64,000 bases of DNA from an uncultured delta proteobacterium (GTDB lineage Bacteria; Desulfobacterota; RBG-13-43-22). Shown piece after piece: positions 49,236 to 62,071 of the stretch. Positions within the stretch are counted from its first letter, which is position 1, and each line of letters starts with the position of its first letter. Made by a program: the position numbers and the translations under genes. Below the pieces are notes generated by a model, which did not search any database, was not told the DNA's origin, and worked only from the letters and a program-made list of their open reading frames with translations. The stretch is from NCBI GenBank assembly GCA_963790475.1, contig CAWBOS010000010.1, forward strand, positions 1,472,001 through 1,536,000. The letters are read 5' to 3'.

Positions 49236-49622
49236 GAAAATAGGCTTTCGGTGACTTTTTACGAATCCACCAAATGTTACAATATTTCAAATATGGTCCC
49301 GGCTTGTCCGGGTTAGGGAAATAGTATCGAATCTCTAAACCGCCATGCCCCTCTCAGGGGCGTGGCACCACGATCCGCTCGGCTTTGCCGAGCTTTCGAA
49401 GAGGCTTCCTCTGGAAGCCGGGACATGAAAAAAGGACCGAGAGTGTCTTAAAACTGGAGCCCTATTTTCGAACTAATCTTCAAATCGACTGATCAGATTC
49501 ACAGAGAAGGGAAAAAAGATACCCCCCACCCTCTCCTCTTGAAGGATAAGAGTGGGGAGAGATTTCACCTACGGTGGGATTCACCAAAATTATCAATGGG
49601 AAGGTACTTAACTTAAAATCCT

Positions 49623-50903
49623 TTATTTCTGCAGTTCCTTCGTCTTTAACTCCTTCACCCCGATAAACTTCTTTTTCGGGTCGGTCATTTTCCTGATGTC
49701 CTCGCTGAAAACCGCTACGTAATCCCCATTATGTTGGAATTGGCCCATGATGGTTGGAAGATAGGGGTAGCCTTTAAGCGGATCATGACATTTATCAAAT
49801 TTCCAGGTCCAAAATCCATGTCTGGTCTCCACCGTTTCCAAAGCCTTGATCAAGGCCTCCACATCATTGGCCTTGCCGGCTTTTTCAATTGCGTTTTTCA
49901 GGATCCAGGGTCCGTCGTAAGCCCCGTAAGTCGAAGCAATCAGACCGCCTCCTCTTTTATCTAATTCAGTGAGGAAGGGCAGACTTCTTTCCGTAAAAGG
50001 AATACGAACTTCCGGCCAGGTCGAAACCCAACCCAACGCAGCTCCCCCGGTCATCTTCCAGAAAGCGGCATAGCTGCAGGCCCCGCTTTGGGCAACAAGA
50101 TTGATGTTCTTGGCTGAGGATTCCGCCCACTGTTTGGCCAGAGTGATGGTGTCCGTGTAACCGGTGACCCAATAGATGGTGTCCGCCCCGGAAGCGGCAA
50201 TTTTTTCAAAAGTAGGCAGGAACATTTTTTCGTTAATGGCACTCTGGGCAGAGTAAACCACTTTCAGCCCTTTCTTTTCCAGGAATTCCTTCAGGGGCGG
50301 ATATTTTCTCGGGCTTCCTTTTACATAAGGCTGTGTCCATCCGATATCTTCAATGACCAGGGCCAATTTCTTGGTTTTAACCACATCTGTAAAAAACGTC
50401 CAAAATTTCAACTTCGGATCGTAACTGTCTCCCGTCTTAGGATAAACTCTAAAAAAGAATTTATATTTATTATACTCGGCACAAACGGTATCCGTGGGAC
50501 CATCATGGGCCGTCCAGATGGCGAATTGAAGGTGGGGGAACTCGGGATACAATTTGGCCGCCTCTTCCATACAGGCGGTAGTCCCCTCAGTCCCTTCCGT
50601 ATAGACGAGCAGGCATTTTTCAGTCATCACCAGCTTTTTGTAGGCGGCTACGGCCAAAGGAACTTCCCGCTTCCAGTCCATGACTACCAACGCCACCGGC
50701 CGGCCCAGAATACCTCCGGCTTTATTGATCTCCTCAACGGCGATTTCAAGGGAAAGTTTATTGCTTATCCCATAAGGGGTAGACAAAGCGCCTACCAGTC
50801 CGATTTTGATCGGCTCCTTGCTTTGAGAGAAAGAAGCACTCACCCCGATCATCCATAAAAAGGCCATCATGACGACGAAGAAAGAAAGGGTCTTGCTTTT
50901 CAT
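49623..50903 (-). CDS. Branched-chain amino acid type ABC substrate-binding protein
   Basis: Signal peptide, EPIKIG, EEINKAGGILGRPV, YDG. Confidence 0.85.
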   Translation of the reverse strand: MKSKTLSFFVVMMAFLWMIGVSASFSQSKEPIKIGLVGALSTPYGISNKLSLEIAVEEINKAGGILGRPVALVVMDWKREVPLAVAAYKKLVMTEKCLLVYTEGTEGTTACMEEAAKLYPEFPHLQFAIWTAHDGPTDTVCAEYNKYKFFFRVYPKTGDSYDPKLKFWTFFTDVVKTKKLALVIEDIGWTQPYVKGSPRKYPPLKEFLEKKGLKVVYSAQSAINEKMFLPTFEKIAASGADTIYWVTGYTDTITLAKQWAESSAKNINLVAQSGACSYAAFWKMTGGAALGWVSTWPEVRIPFTERSLPFLTELDKRGGGLIASTYGAYDGPWILKNAIEKAGKANDVEALIKALETVETRHGFWTWKFDKCHDPLKGYPYLPTIMGQFQHNGDYVAVFSEDIRKMTDPKKKFIGVKELKTKELQK

Positions 50904-51056
50904 TTTCTTATCCTCCTGTCTATCCCCTCCCTATCCAATGGGGATTTTTTAATTTCGCTTCTGAGATGATACAGGGACTCATAGCCAAAATACCGTATTC
51001 CCCAAAGTGTCCTCCACCGCTGTCCGCTCCTCTGTCGGACAGGGATTAAGGAAGGA

Positions 51057-51990
51057 TTATTTTTGTCTGGCCCTCAACTCTTTGATAGGCACATACTGTT
51101 GCCCCGGATTGGACATTTTGGCCAATTCAGGGGGATATAAGAGAACAATCTTGCCGTCATTTTGCCACTGGGACAAGGGAGCCAATGGACCGAAGGGAAA
51201 AACTCCGTAGGGGAATAAGTTCCATTTCTTGAAAACTCTCCCCATGTCCCTGCTCATATTGGCCGGCGAACTCTTGGCGATTTCCTTAACCACATCTTCT
51301 ACAAACCCCTTTTTATAAGGAAAACTATGGGAGGTGTGATCCTGGGGATTGATTTTGATTTTTCCTCTGACCCCATCTATCTCAATGTTCTCCAGGGTTT
51401 TGATTAATTTTTCAATATCGGGGGAGCCGGTTTTCTTTATCCCTTCAGACCAGAACAGGACATCGTCATAGGCCCCCTCGGCCAACCAGTTGCTGCCCGG
51501 ATAACCAAAGGTTTTATTAAAACCCTGCGCATATTCCCTGGTTTTCCCAACGACTTCATAATTGGTTATATCCGAGGGCCACCAACCGACCATGCCTAAA
51601 CAAGTGCCGTTGGTAATTTCCCAGTATTTGGGGGATACACCGGAATGAAATATGGGGATGTCTTTAGCGGCTGAGGTGGCCCATTGTTTGGCCAGAACAT
51701 AGAAGTCGCTGTAGGCACTCATGGCGAAGTCGATATACTGGGCCCCGGAAGCGGCGATTTTTTCGAAAATGGGCAGAAATAGCTTCTCGCCCACGGCGAT
51801 TTTGGAGGTATAAACCACTTCCACTCCCCGGTCTCTATAGGCCACATCCGCATAAGGTCGAAAACCGTATTCCGGCCAGCCCTGCCAATAGGGATTGTAA
51901 TCCATTAGATCCTCACCGATGATGGCTACCTTCTTAGGCTTAGGTTTGATTTCATGCTCGGTCAGAAAGGTATTGATTATCGCCGCCGAT
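51057..51990 (-). pseudogene. Second substrate-binding protein paralog, 5'-truncated
   Basis: KKVAIIGED, FLPIFEKIAASGA, AKQWA shared with the neighbour; no signal peptide or N-terminus. Confidence 0.75.
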
Positions 51991-52010
51991 AAAAATCTAC
52001 TGGACGGCCG

Positions 52011-52181
52011 GATGGAACTCGCTTCAATTTGGAGAAAGTCAGCTCTCCCGAGCACGGCCGGAGGGGACTTGGGATTACAAGCATGAAAGAGCGGGTTGAA
52101 CTTACAGGTGGTTTATTTGCTATCGAATCCATTGAGGGAAAAGGAACGGTTATCCGGGCCGTTTGCCTTCTGAATTTTTAG
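52011..52181 (+). pseudogene. HisKA_3-type HATPase C-terminal remnant
   Basis: RRGLGITSMKERVELTGG.FAIES..GKGTVIRA. Confidence 0.75.
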
Positions 52182-52342
52182 GACTATAGCTAAGATAAGC
52201 TTTCGGGACCATTAGATTTTAAATACAGCTCTTTCCGCGAAAAAATACAGTATTCCCACCATTCTTTTCCTCTATAATCTTTGATATTATTCAGCTACTT
52301 TTATAAATATATTTATCAAACGTGACCTTTTAATCCTAACTG

Positions 52343-52759
52343 ATGAATAAACCACGGCGTATCCTGATCGTTGATGACAATCCCGCCCTCCGAGAGGGAT
52401 TAAAGTCCATTCTTTCGGACTTCCCAGCTTTCGATATTGTCGGTGAAGCACCCGATGGGGTGGAAGCCCTTAATGCTGTTGAAAGATTACTTCCCGACCT
52501 GGTTTTGATGGATATATCCATGCCCCGGATGGACGGCCTAGCCGCCACCAAGGAAATCAAGAAAAGATGGCCGGGCACTAAAATCCTGGTCTTCACCGTT
52601 TATAAAACCCCTGAATACCTGGTGGCTGCCCATAAGGCCGGTGCCGACGGGTATATATTAAAGGATTCTTCCCGGGCCGAATTGATTCAATCCATCGAAG
52701 ATATCCTTGCTGGAAACCAAGGGTTCCCTCAGAACTTTATGGAATTGGGCTCCCGCTGA
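52343..52759 (+). CDS. NarL-type receiver domain protein (no HTH)
   Basis: ILIVDD, DLVLMDISMPRMDG, GADGYILKD. Confidence 0.88.
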   Translation: MNKPRRILIVDDNPALREGLKSILSDFPAFDIVGEAPDGVEALNAVERLLPDLVLMDISMPRMDGLAATKEIKKRWPGTKILVFTVYKTPEYLVAAHKAGADGYILKDSSRAELIQSIEDILAGNQGFPQNFMELGSR

Positions 52760-53078
52760 TTCTTTCCTTTATATCTTTACCACTCTTCGGGGTACTTCTA
52801 TATTCCGGAAGTTCTTCCTGAAGCCAAGCATCCGGCAATTTTGAAAGGTATTCACCTTTTCGAACAGCAATCCTCATTGACTGAAATACACACCCACCTG
52901 TCTTGCGGAATCTACATTATTAAGAGAAGAAAGATAACCTACCGGTCTATGTTGTTTTTCACTTTCCAACAAAATTTCTTGATATTAAAAGATTTAAGAG
53001 TATCATTTGATTTACAAGCTAACTCGTTTACTAATTTATAACCCTACACCCTTGGAGGGTGCTATGGACTGAAGATCG

Positions 53079-53120
53079 AAACCCCGATTCTCAAAAGAGA
53101 GCGGGGTTTTGTGTTTTATT
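53079..53120 (+). terminator. Intrinsic terminator in the leader of the gene at 53141
   Basis: aaaccccg..tctc-aaaa-gaga..cggggttt followed by tgtgttttatt. Confidence 0.6.
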
Positions 53121-53140
53121 GATACAAGGGAGGTGGACTC

Positions 53141-53662
53141 ATGAAAAATAGTCAGTCGCAGGAAAAGCATGGAGAATCCGGCCCGAAGATGCTTCTGTCG
53201 GAAAGGAAGAGGCTATCCCACCTTTCCGGTATCAAGGTTGTGAAGAAAGGGGAAATACCCGCTGACATTCAGGCAAAGGGCGAAATTTATGATTTACTGA
53301 TTCTTCCCGCATTTACATTATGTGCATGCTATCTCGGATATGCAAATTTTAGAATACTGGAGGAAGAAAAGGTTGAGATTCCCGTCGGCTTGATCTGGGA
53401 CCTGTTCAACTTTACGTCTGGTTTAACCATCAGCAGGCAAATAATGGATCGGCATATCATGATTATTGATAAGGCTTTCGAGTTGCTTGGCTTCCATGCA
53501 GATCTTTCAGTCAAGGATCAACATATCGTTGTCATTGATGGAGTTTCAAAGATTACGGACAGGGAGAGTGGTAAAACGAAATACGTTGGATTCAACGAAA
53601 AAGGCATAAATCCTGACATTTTTTTGCAGATGCTGATGCTTGCTTTAGACAGGAGCTTTTGA
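53141..53662 (+). CDS. Hypothetical protein
   Basis: 173 aa, GGAGGT RBS. Confidence 0.6.
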   Translation: MKNSQSQEKHGESGPKMLLSERKRLSHLSGIKVVKKGEIPADIQAKGEIYDLLILPAFTLCACYLGYANFRILEEEKVEIPVGLIWDLFNFTSGLTISRQIMDRHIMIIDKAFELLGFHADLSVKDQHIVVIDGVSKITDRESGKTKYVGFNEKGINPDIFLQMLMLALDRSF

Positions 53663-53840
53663 ATGTATCCTCTTTTTGACAACAGGATGAGTGCAGGGTC
53701 GCCAATCCGGAGATAAATGGTTTCGTTTACATCCCCAGAATCCTTTGAGTTGGGAAATTATACAGAAACTTTAGAATAATTTGGGGGTCTCGAAAGTGAA
53801 CCAAGGGGGAGGCGAGTAATAGCGGACTTCCGTAGCCAAA

Positions 53841-54041
53841 AATGCCGTACTGGGAGCTATTGAGTCAGCGAAGGAGCTCGGATTATCCGCAGAGGAGGTC
53901 GCTTCGGCAGCAGCAACGGGGGCCGTTGAGTCAGCTCAGAAAATCGGCGGCGAAACGGGTTCAGCCATTAGGAAAGCAGTTACCGGAACAATCAGCGGCA
54001 TAAGGGTCCGTATCAAAAGGCCTTTCAAGAAAGAGAAGTAA
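53841..54041 (+). pseudogene. C-terminal fragment of an Ala/Gly-rich helical repeat protein
   Basis: AVLGAIESAKELGLSAEEVASAAATGAVESAQKIGG...PFKKEK*; no obvious start. Confidence 0.5.
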
Positions 54042-54109
54042 TGCTTCGATGTCAGAAAACGGACTTGACTTGACAAATGAGTAGTAAGGGTGGTCAGATA
54101 ACCCCATAT

Positions 54110-54421
54110 TCATAATTTTTCAAACATAGTCTGAAGCTCCTTAATTAAAGCTATCTCCATTTCGATGAAGCGGTCATCGGTGAGGATGAATTCTACCTCG
54201 TAATAAGTTTGGTATTTCACGGCACTGGAGGCATGCTCGATGGCCTGAGAGATGGCAATGCCCTTGAGGCCTTCAAAGTCTTTGGTACTGGATATTGCCG
54301 TCTTGCGGAGAATGAGATGCATGGCTTTTTGAGCATCTTCGACGGTCTTAAGAGTAATATCAATCCCCTCCAGCTTTTTAATAGCCTTGATGATCTTTTC
54401 ATCCTCTACTCTAATTCTCAT
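54110..54421 (-). CDS. Hypothetical protein
   Basis: 103 aa, GGAGG RBS. Confidence 0.6.
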   Translation of the reverse strand: MRIRVEDEKIIKAIKKLEGIDITLKTVEDAQKAMHLILRKTAISSTKDFEGLKGIAISQAIEHASSAVKYQTYYEVEFILTDDRFIEMEIALIKELQTMFEKL

Positions 54422-54659
54422 GATTCCTCCACATCACAGAAAAGCATTTCTTCACCCTGCGTGGGCCTTACTTAACTATAGGAGTGTATTAAATTATGGA
54501 TTGGATTGTCAACAGATTTACTGTTTTTCTCTGCCTTTCCTCGGGAATAACTCGATCTAGGCTATTTGATTTTCTGACAATTCACCCCTCATCGTTTTAT
54601 CTCTGTTACTTGTTAACGACCTGTTGCCTAAATGCCCTCTCCACACCCAAGAGAATTAC

Positions 54660-54691
54660 AAAAAAAGCCCCCTGAGATTAGGAGGCTTTTT
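54660..54691. terminator. Bidirectional intrinsic terminator downstream of groEL
   Basis: aaaaaagcccc-ctgagatta-ggaggcttttt. Confidence 0.65.
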
Positions 54692-54824
54692 GACTACTTT
54701 TCATTATTAAACATGGCCCGCGCTGGCTAACCTCACGGTTTCTATTGGGTCAGCGACCGAATAAAACCATTACTATTACTTACCTGTGATTCCTGCCTAT
54801 GCGGGATTGCATTGGAATCTGAAA

Positions 54825-56453
<1,629 letters not shown>

Positions 56454-56465
56454 TTACTGCCTCCT

Positions 56466-56753
56466 TTATTCGATCACGCCTAGAATATCTTCTTCTCGCA
56501 TCATTAAAAACTCTTCTCCTTCGATCTTGATCTCAGACCCGGAATATTTTCCGAATAGAATCTTATCCCCTACCTTAACATCAAGAGCGATCTTGGTCCC
56601 GTTTTCCAATATTTTTCCTGGACCTACCGCAATAACCTTACCTTCCTGAGGTTTCTCCTTGGCAGTATCCGGGATAATAATTCCTCCCTTGGTCTTTTCC
56701 TCCTCCTCGAGCCTATGCACAATGACCCGATCATGTAATGGTCTGATTTTCAT
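56466..56753 (-). CDS. groES: Co-chaperonin GroES
   Basis: [32 protein letters not shown]. Confidence 0.99.
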   Translation of the reverse strand: MKIRPLHDRVIVHRLEEEEKTKGGIIIPDTAKEKPQEGKVIAVGPGKILENGTKIALDVKVGDKILFGKYSGSEIKIEGEEFLMMREEDILGVIE

Positions 56754-56791
56754 AAATTTACTCACCTTTCTAAAAGAAATTCTGAAAATTT

Positions 56792-56818
56792 TTGGCATTC
56801 AACTTATTTGAATGCTAT
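56792..56818 (-). promoter_or_regulatory. CIRCE-like HrcA operator
   Basis: ATAGCATTC-N9-GAATGCCAA versus consensus TTAGCACTC-N9-GAGTGCTAA, directly upstream of groES. Confidence 0.75.
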
Positions 56819-57212
56819 TTAGAAGATAAGCACAAAATATTAATATACAAGTCAAAATTAAAACCGTTGGCATATCCTCCCATGGAATAAAGTTGGGCAT
56901 CTCCACAGTTTCCTGATCCAGGAGCGAATAATGTTCAATCGGCCCCTGGATATAAACCTCACATTTCCCTAAGACCAACTGTTCATCTTTTCCCTCAGGG
57001 GATAGGGGAGCTCCTAAAAAGGTCCTAAGGTCTGCAATTCTAAAAGTGTCAATGCCAGGGGATTGGAAGGGGAAGCCCCAGAGCCTTGGTCAATACGTGT
57101 TTTATCGTACTAGGGAGATCGTTGATCCTGGGACCGTATATAAAGCCGGGGGTTTTAAGAATGAAGATAGCACCTACTAATGTTTTAAGAAGACAGACCG
57201 GAGAATTAACGA

Positions 57213-57826
57213 GTCGAGTAGCCCGGGGGAATTTCACCCCCAGGCCCTCACAGAACCGGACGTGACAGTCTCCCGTCATCCGTCTCCTATCATCCAGTTG
57301 CCTTTTATAGCGACCTTTCCTTACCTCTTGGTTCCTCCCATCGCTGGTTGGCCAAAAGGCAAGGACAGATGATTCAACCCCTTCGCTCCATCCCCATTAC
57401 AGAGATTTAGTTGGTCCGTCCCTGTGCCCCGCATCGGTACTCTCATTCTTGTAGGGTCCTCCACTTGAATTTCTCCCTTATCATCGGGACGACAGGTTCC
57501 CACGTTCCACACCAGAGCCTAAATCAGGTTCGCGCCACCTTTATGCCGGATGCCGTCCAAGCAGTAAAACAGGTTCCCCCTGAACTTATCCTGGAGATCA
57601 GTAAGCCCCCCAGTTTTGACATCATCCATTCATTTCGACACCTCAGAAGTAGTTCGCTTGCGCTCGCCTCCCTGATCCTTACCTGACAGGGTCGTGGCCC
57701 TGCCTCTTCCTTAACGCTCACCACCATGGCCCTTTACCATCGCAGCTTAAGGTGGTTTGAAGCCTGCTCCCGCAAGCCGACTTCGAGGGACCTCCCCCTC
57801 ATCTCTTGTGCAGCTTCGTGGCACAC
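57213..57826 (-). mobile_element. ORF-less group II intron (614 nt)
   Basis: 5' GTGTG; domain V GAGACGGATGACGGGAGACTGTCACGTCCGGTTC; domain VI CCTGGGGGTGAAATTCCCCCGGGCTACTCGAC ending in AC; no RT ORF. Confidence 0.88.
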
Positions 57827-57929
57827 TTACTGGTTGAACTCAACAAACCGCCTCGTCAGAAGATAAGGCGGCTCACTGAGTATCTCCGTAGATAGTAGGA
57901 AAATGACGGCATCTTGATATTTTTTCGAA

Positions 57930-57990
57930 GTCCCGGGAGACGTTGCTATATAACCCATAATATCGGACCATCTGTTCGCCCTGCTTCGGG
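57930..57990 (-). pseudogene. IS91-family (Y2) transposase motif remnant
   Basis: PKQGEQMVRYYGLYSNVSR. Confidence 0.6.
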
Positions 57991-58184
57991 CAGCGGACGA
58001 GCTCCATGCTGATGCCTCTATCTCTGATTCGACCTGGAGCACTCTTTCCAAACGCTACAATGAAAAGCAAATAATGGATATGCTCATGACCGTAGGACAA
58101 TACAATATGGTTTCCATGTTCCTGAACACCAGTGCTGTTCAGGTAGACCCAAAGTTTGTCGGTTTTCCTGAAACTCAGGGCTGA
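57981..58184 (+). pseudogene. Carboxymuconolactone decarboxylase/AhpD-like C-terminal remnant
   Basis: LLRAADELH..ISDSTWSTL..YNEKQIMDMLMTVGQYNMVSMFLN. Confidence 0.65.
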
Positions 58185-58559
58185 TCCCTTTGATTTAAGT
58201 TTTCCGCAAGAATGCTCCGACGACTTTGAAGAGTTTTAATCCTGAATCGAATCTTCCTGCACCTGGTGCAGGGAATTTTCTATGCAAGGTAAATATCTAT
58301 TGATTGTAGCTCGCTCGCTGATCCCGCTGAAGACGGGACATACGGCCCACGCAGCAAGCCCGGGGAAGGCGTTCGCTGTTCATGTTCAAGGGTACAAGTG
58401 ATTGAAGGTCAAAGTTTAGGTTTCAAAGAATTACCCTATAACTTATTTGGGAATTTAACGCTGAACTTTATTTTTCCTTATTGATTATGAGGCGGTAATT
58501 TTTTGCATAACCCTCAAAGACATTACGGAAACAACTTCAACAAAATCCTCTGAACGGCT

Positions 58560-58875
58560 CTTTAATTCATTATAGAACCCGGACACTCCATCCCGGACCT
58601 CGATGTTGCCATTCCAAAAAGTATATTTACATTATTGGGATCAAACTGGAGGGCCTGATGGAAACAACGAATGGCCCTGAAATGTTCTGCTTTTGACATG
58701 TAGCAATGTCCAAGGTGAAAGCAGGCCTCAACATCTTTAGCATCCTGTTGGATAGTTCTTTGAAAACAGATATGGCCTCAGCAACATTTCCCTCGTCTAC
58801 TAACTGCACCCCTCTTTCTTTCAACTCCCTGGACTTTTCACGGTCAACGTTGATATTGGGATTTTTATCATTCAT
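58560..58875 (-). pseudogene. TPR-repeat protein remnant (frameshifted)
   Basis: G..L...GNVAEAI..F / ACFHLGHCY...AIRCFHQALQFDPNN. Confidence 0.55.
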
Positions 58876-59010
58876 TGCGGTCTACTCTCTTCATGCAAAC
58901 AGGTAATCCCGAAGATAAGGGGACGGTTCTGGACATCCACCAATATAGATTGTACCATTTCCTTTTCTCATTCCTTTTATCTTGACCATGGTAACCTCCT
59001 CACTCAGGAA

Positions 59011-60219
59011 TTATAGCTCTGCCACGTGCATCAAAAAGCCGATTAGTGCTCCACCAAGTACAAGCCACAAGGAGTTTAAACCAAAGCGAAAGAGCAGTAA
59101 AGCGCTTCCTAAGACCAGCAGAACAGAGGGAAGATCAACGACCGCGTCACGCCCCAGGCTCCAGGTCACCCAAGCCATTAGTGTCAGGGAAGCAATAATC
59201 ACCCCATCCAGGAAGGCTCCGGCCACGGCTGACTTGCGTAAGCGCGGGATTAGAGGACTACTGGCAGCGACAAAGGTAAATGAGGGAAGGAAAATCCCGG
59301 CGGTGGCGATCAGAGCGCCTGGCAACCCGGCGAGCAAATAGCCGATAAAGGTGGCGGTGGTGAAGACAGGACCAGGGGTCACCTGCCCCACGGCAATGGC
59401 GTCCAATAGCTGAGTTGTCGTAAGCCAATGCCAATGCCCGATGAGGTCGGCCTGTAAAAAAGCCAGAAGGACATAGCCACTCCCAAAGACTATAGAGCCG
59501 ATTTTCACGAAGAAGAGAAAGAGCGGTAGCAAGCCGAACGCCGCTTTCCCTGTGGAATATAATCCCTCAGCAAAATAAGTGACCGCGAGAAAGCAGCAGA
59601 CTGACAAAAACATAATGAACAGGGGTTTCCAGTTTCTCGCGCGATCCTGGACAAGCCCTTGCCATATTCCCGAGATTACCCCGGTTCCGAAGAGCAATAT
59701 CAGTATATTTATTCCTAAAAAATTCAATAGGATATCAATAATGACAAGTACACCCAGGAATCTATTTTTTATTGCTGTGCGTCCTAACTGCCAAAGCGCC
59801 TGTAAGATGATAGCGATTACTACCGGTTTGACACCGTAAAGTAACCAAGCCACTTGGGGAAGATTACCAAACCGCACATAGGCCCAGGCAAATCCCATAA
59901 CGATAACCATGGCCGGAGCGATAAAACAGATACCACTTAAAAGAAGCCCTGCCCAACCTTCACATAGGTAGCCGATGAAAATTGCCATCTCCGTGGAACT
60001 CGGGCCGGGGATAAGGTTGGCGGCTCCCAGCAGATCGAGGAATTTCTCCCGGGTGATCCACTGCCGGCGCCGAACCACCTCGTCCTCCATTATGGCGATG
60101 TGAGCGGCGGGTCCTCCAAACGCTGTCGTTCCAAGACGAAGAAAAAACAGCGCCAACTCTTTTAGGTTTGGTTTTTTAACATTATCGGTTTGACTTTGAT
60201 ACCCAGCCGCCTTATCCAT
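59011..60219 (-). CDS. chrA: Chromate efflux transporter
   Basis: FLRLGTTAFGGPAAH, IPGPSSTE, FGSGYVL, QVTPGP, FLPSF. Confidence 0.92.
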   Translation of the reverse strand: MDKAAGYQSQTDNVKKPNLKELALFFLRLGTTAFGGPAAHIAIMEDEVVRRRQWITREKFLDLLGAANLIPGPSSTEMAIFIGYLCEGWAGLLLSGICFIAPAMVIVMGFAWAYVRFGNLPQVAWLLYGVKPVVIAIILQALWQLGRTAIKNRFLGVLVIIDILLNFLGINILILLFGTGVISGIWQGLVQDRARNWKPLFIMFLSVCCFLAVTYFAEGLYSTGKAAFGLLPLFLFFVKIGSIVFGSGYVLLAFLQADLIGHWHWLTTTQLLDAIAVGQVTPGPVFTTATFIGYLLAGLPGALIATAGIFLPSFTFVAASSPLIPRLRKSAVAGAFLDGVIIASLTLMAWVTWSLGRDAVVDLPSVLLVLGSALLLFRFGLNSLWLVLGGALIGFLMHVAEL

Positions 60220-60391
60220 TTTGCTTAGGTCCTTTTAGGTTCATTGCTATAGGCCTATTCCCTTATAAGGGCCTACACAAGCAGTCATTAACCCAAACGC
60301 CAACAAAAAAATTACCGATAGAATTGCTACCAATAAGGAAAACTTGATTCGAATAGTCCGGTTAATTGTTTTTCATGGTTTAAACGGTCTC

Positions 60392-60540
60392 TGGCCTATT
60401 CCGATGATTCCGGCCAGGGAGTCGGAGCGACGCTGGGTGAAGCATTATACAATGCGGTGGGCCATCTACGTCAAGTGGGAACGTGCTTTCCGCATGGAAT
60501 CTCTTTGAAAGTTATTTTATGAGCCGACCTGGTCAAGGCG
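60392..60540 (-). mobile_element. IS21-family end remnant (degenerate istB 3' end plus terminal repeat)
   Basis: Minus strand encodes AHKITFK / DSMRKARSHLT*, followed by an IS21-like terminus (plus strand tattccgatgattccggcca). Confidence 0.55.
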
Positions 60541-61459
60541 GTTCAGGGTGGGATGAAGAGTCCCGTGGGTTTTCTTTTTAGTCTTTGGAGGACATTTTTT
60601 CATCGCCATCTGTCTTGATTACTATTTGAAATGAGGTATGGATAGACGAAAGAGAAAAACTCGATTTCAGGAAGAAGCGGAATGAAGGAGCGTACCACTT
60701 TGGGGCAAGAGATAATCCCGGTGTTATTCACTAGGGCACCCAGGCCAACGTCGCGCCAAGGGCAATAATGGAAGCCAAGCGCTTGAATTTAAGGTCTCGT
60801 TAGGGGAATCTTACCGGCCTTTTTGTTCTTAGGTCAAAAATGGGTGTAATTGCCAATTATTATAAAGTGGGACGAGAGTGGGGAGAGATCGGAATTGAAC
60901 GACATGACCGCCAGGGTGGGGGGATTATGAGTTCCGTTTTTTCAGGAGATAGGGATATGCGTGAGAATTTACACCCTATGATCTATCCATGGTCAGATCT
61001 GGGAGGGGATCGTTATAATGGTTTATTTATGACGACTACGGGGTAATTTTACCTTGGGATAATTTCTTGTCGAAGAATACTGTTGTCCTTCGGGACGATA
61101 GTAAAGAAAACTAAAGAATATTTCGGTAAGCCAGCGTTCAGTCTTTTTGGTCGGTTTAGTCGAATTGTTCCTTGTATTCTTCCTTCTTCTCTCTTTAGTA
61201 ACCTTTACAGAGGATACTGAAATTCTTCTGTCAATTTTTTCTTCTTTGTGCACCAAAAGGATAACCTCCAAATTCCACAGTGGGGCCGGATGGCCTACTA
61301 TTGTTTTGGGCAGGCTGAGATTTCTCTAAGTTTTCCAACCGGATAAATATTGTCCTTGAATCCTGCATATTGCCCATCACCGTCATAAACTGTAATGATA
61401 CCTTATCTAACCCAAAGGGAAATAATGCGTTTATTAAGTTTACAAGACATTTTACCCTC

Positions 61460-62071
61460 CTATATTATTAATCTCGATTTATTAATAATTTCTTTTAAAA
61501 ACTCTGGGGCTTCTTTAAATCCGCCTTCCTGAAAGAAAAAGTTTTCCGGAACGCCTTGGTCATTCAACCTAATTCCGATAAAAGTAGGAGCGCGCTCCGC
61601 CCCGAATGTATTAACAATATCGCTGTTCTCATCAAGTAAAAGAGGGAAAGTCACCTGGTATTCTTGTTTGAATAAATTAAGTTTATCCGGACTTTCTCCA
61701 ATACCAATGCCGATAATCTTTATGCTATCTTTTAGGTCTGCCCTTTCTTGTATGTTGCGGTAGAGGTTGTTTACCCGGGGGGCGTCGTGCTGGCAATGAG
61801 AACAAGAATAATTTAGAATCTCGATAATCAAAATCCTGGTTTTAATCTGATTTAATTTAAACGTGCCGGTTCCCTCTAGTCCCAAATATGTCCTATCCTG
61901 TTCACTTTGAGGAATAGGAAGTTCGATGGCTGAGATTTTTCCATTTTTATCTTTCGCTGGTTTTATTAATTCTTCAGAGGTTTCGGCGGGACTCCCCACT
62001 GACGTCAAGAAAACCATGAACTCAAAAAGTAATATTGCCACTACAGCAATGTGTCGAACTGTTTGGTTCAT
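61460..62071 (-). CDS. TlpA-like thioredoxin-fold protein
   Basis: N-terminal TM, CSHC motif, IIGIG, FPLLLD, PTFI. Confidence 0.8.
   Translation of the reverse strand: MNQTVRHIAVVAILLFEFMVFLTSVGSPAETSEELIKPAKDKNGKISAIELPIPQSEQDRTYLGLEGTGTFKLNQIKTRILIIEILNYSCSHCQHDAPRVNNLYRNIQERADLKDSIKIIGIGIGESPDKLNLFKQEYQVTFPLLLDENSDIVNTFGAERAPTFIGIRLNDQGVPENFFFQEGGFKEAPEFLKEIINKSRLII

Noticed and set aside
57049-57727. Short ORFs 57049-57279, 57321-57512 and 57524-57727 as proteins
   Set aside because: Incidental frames across group II intron RNA domains.
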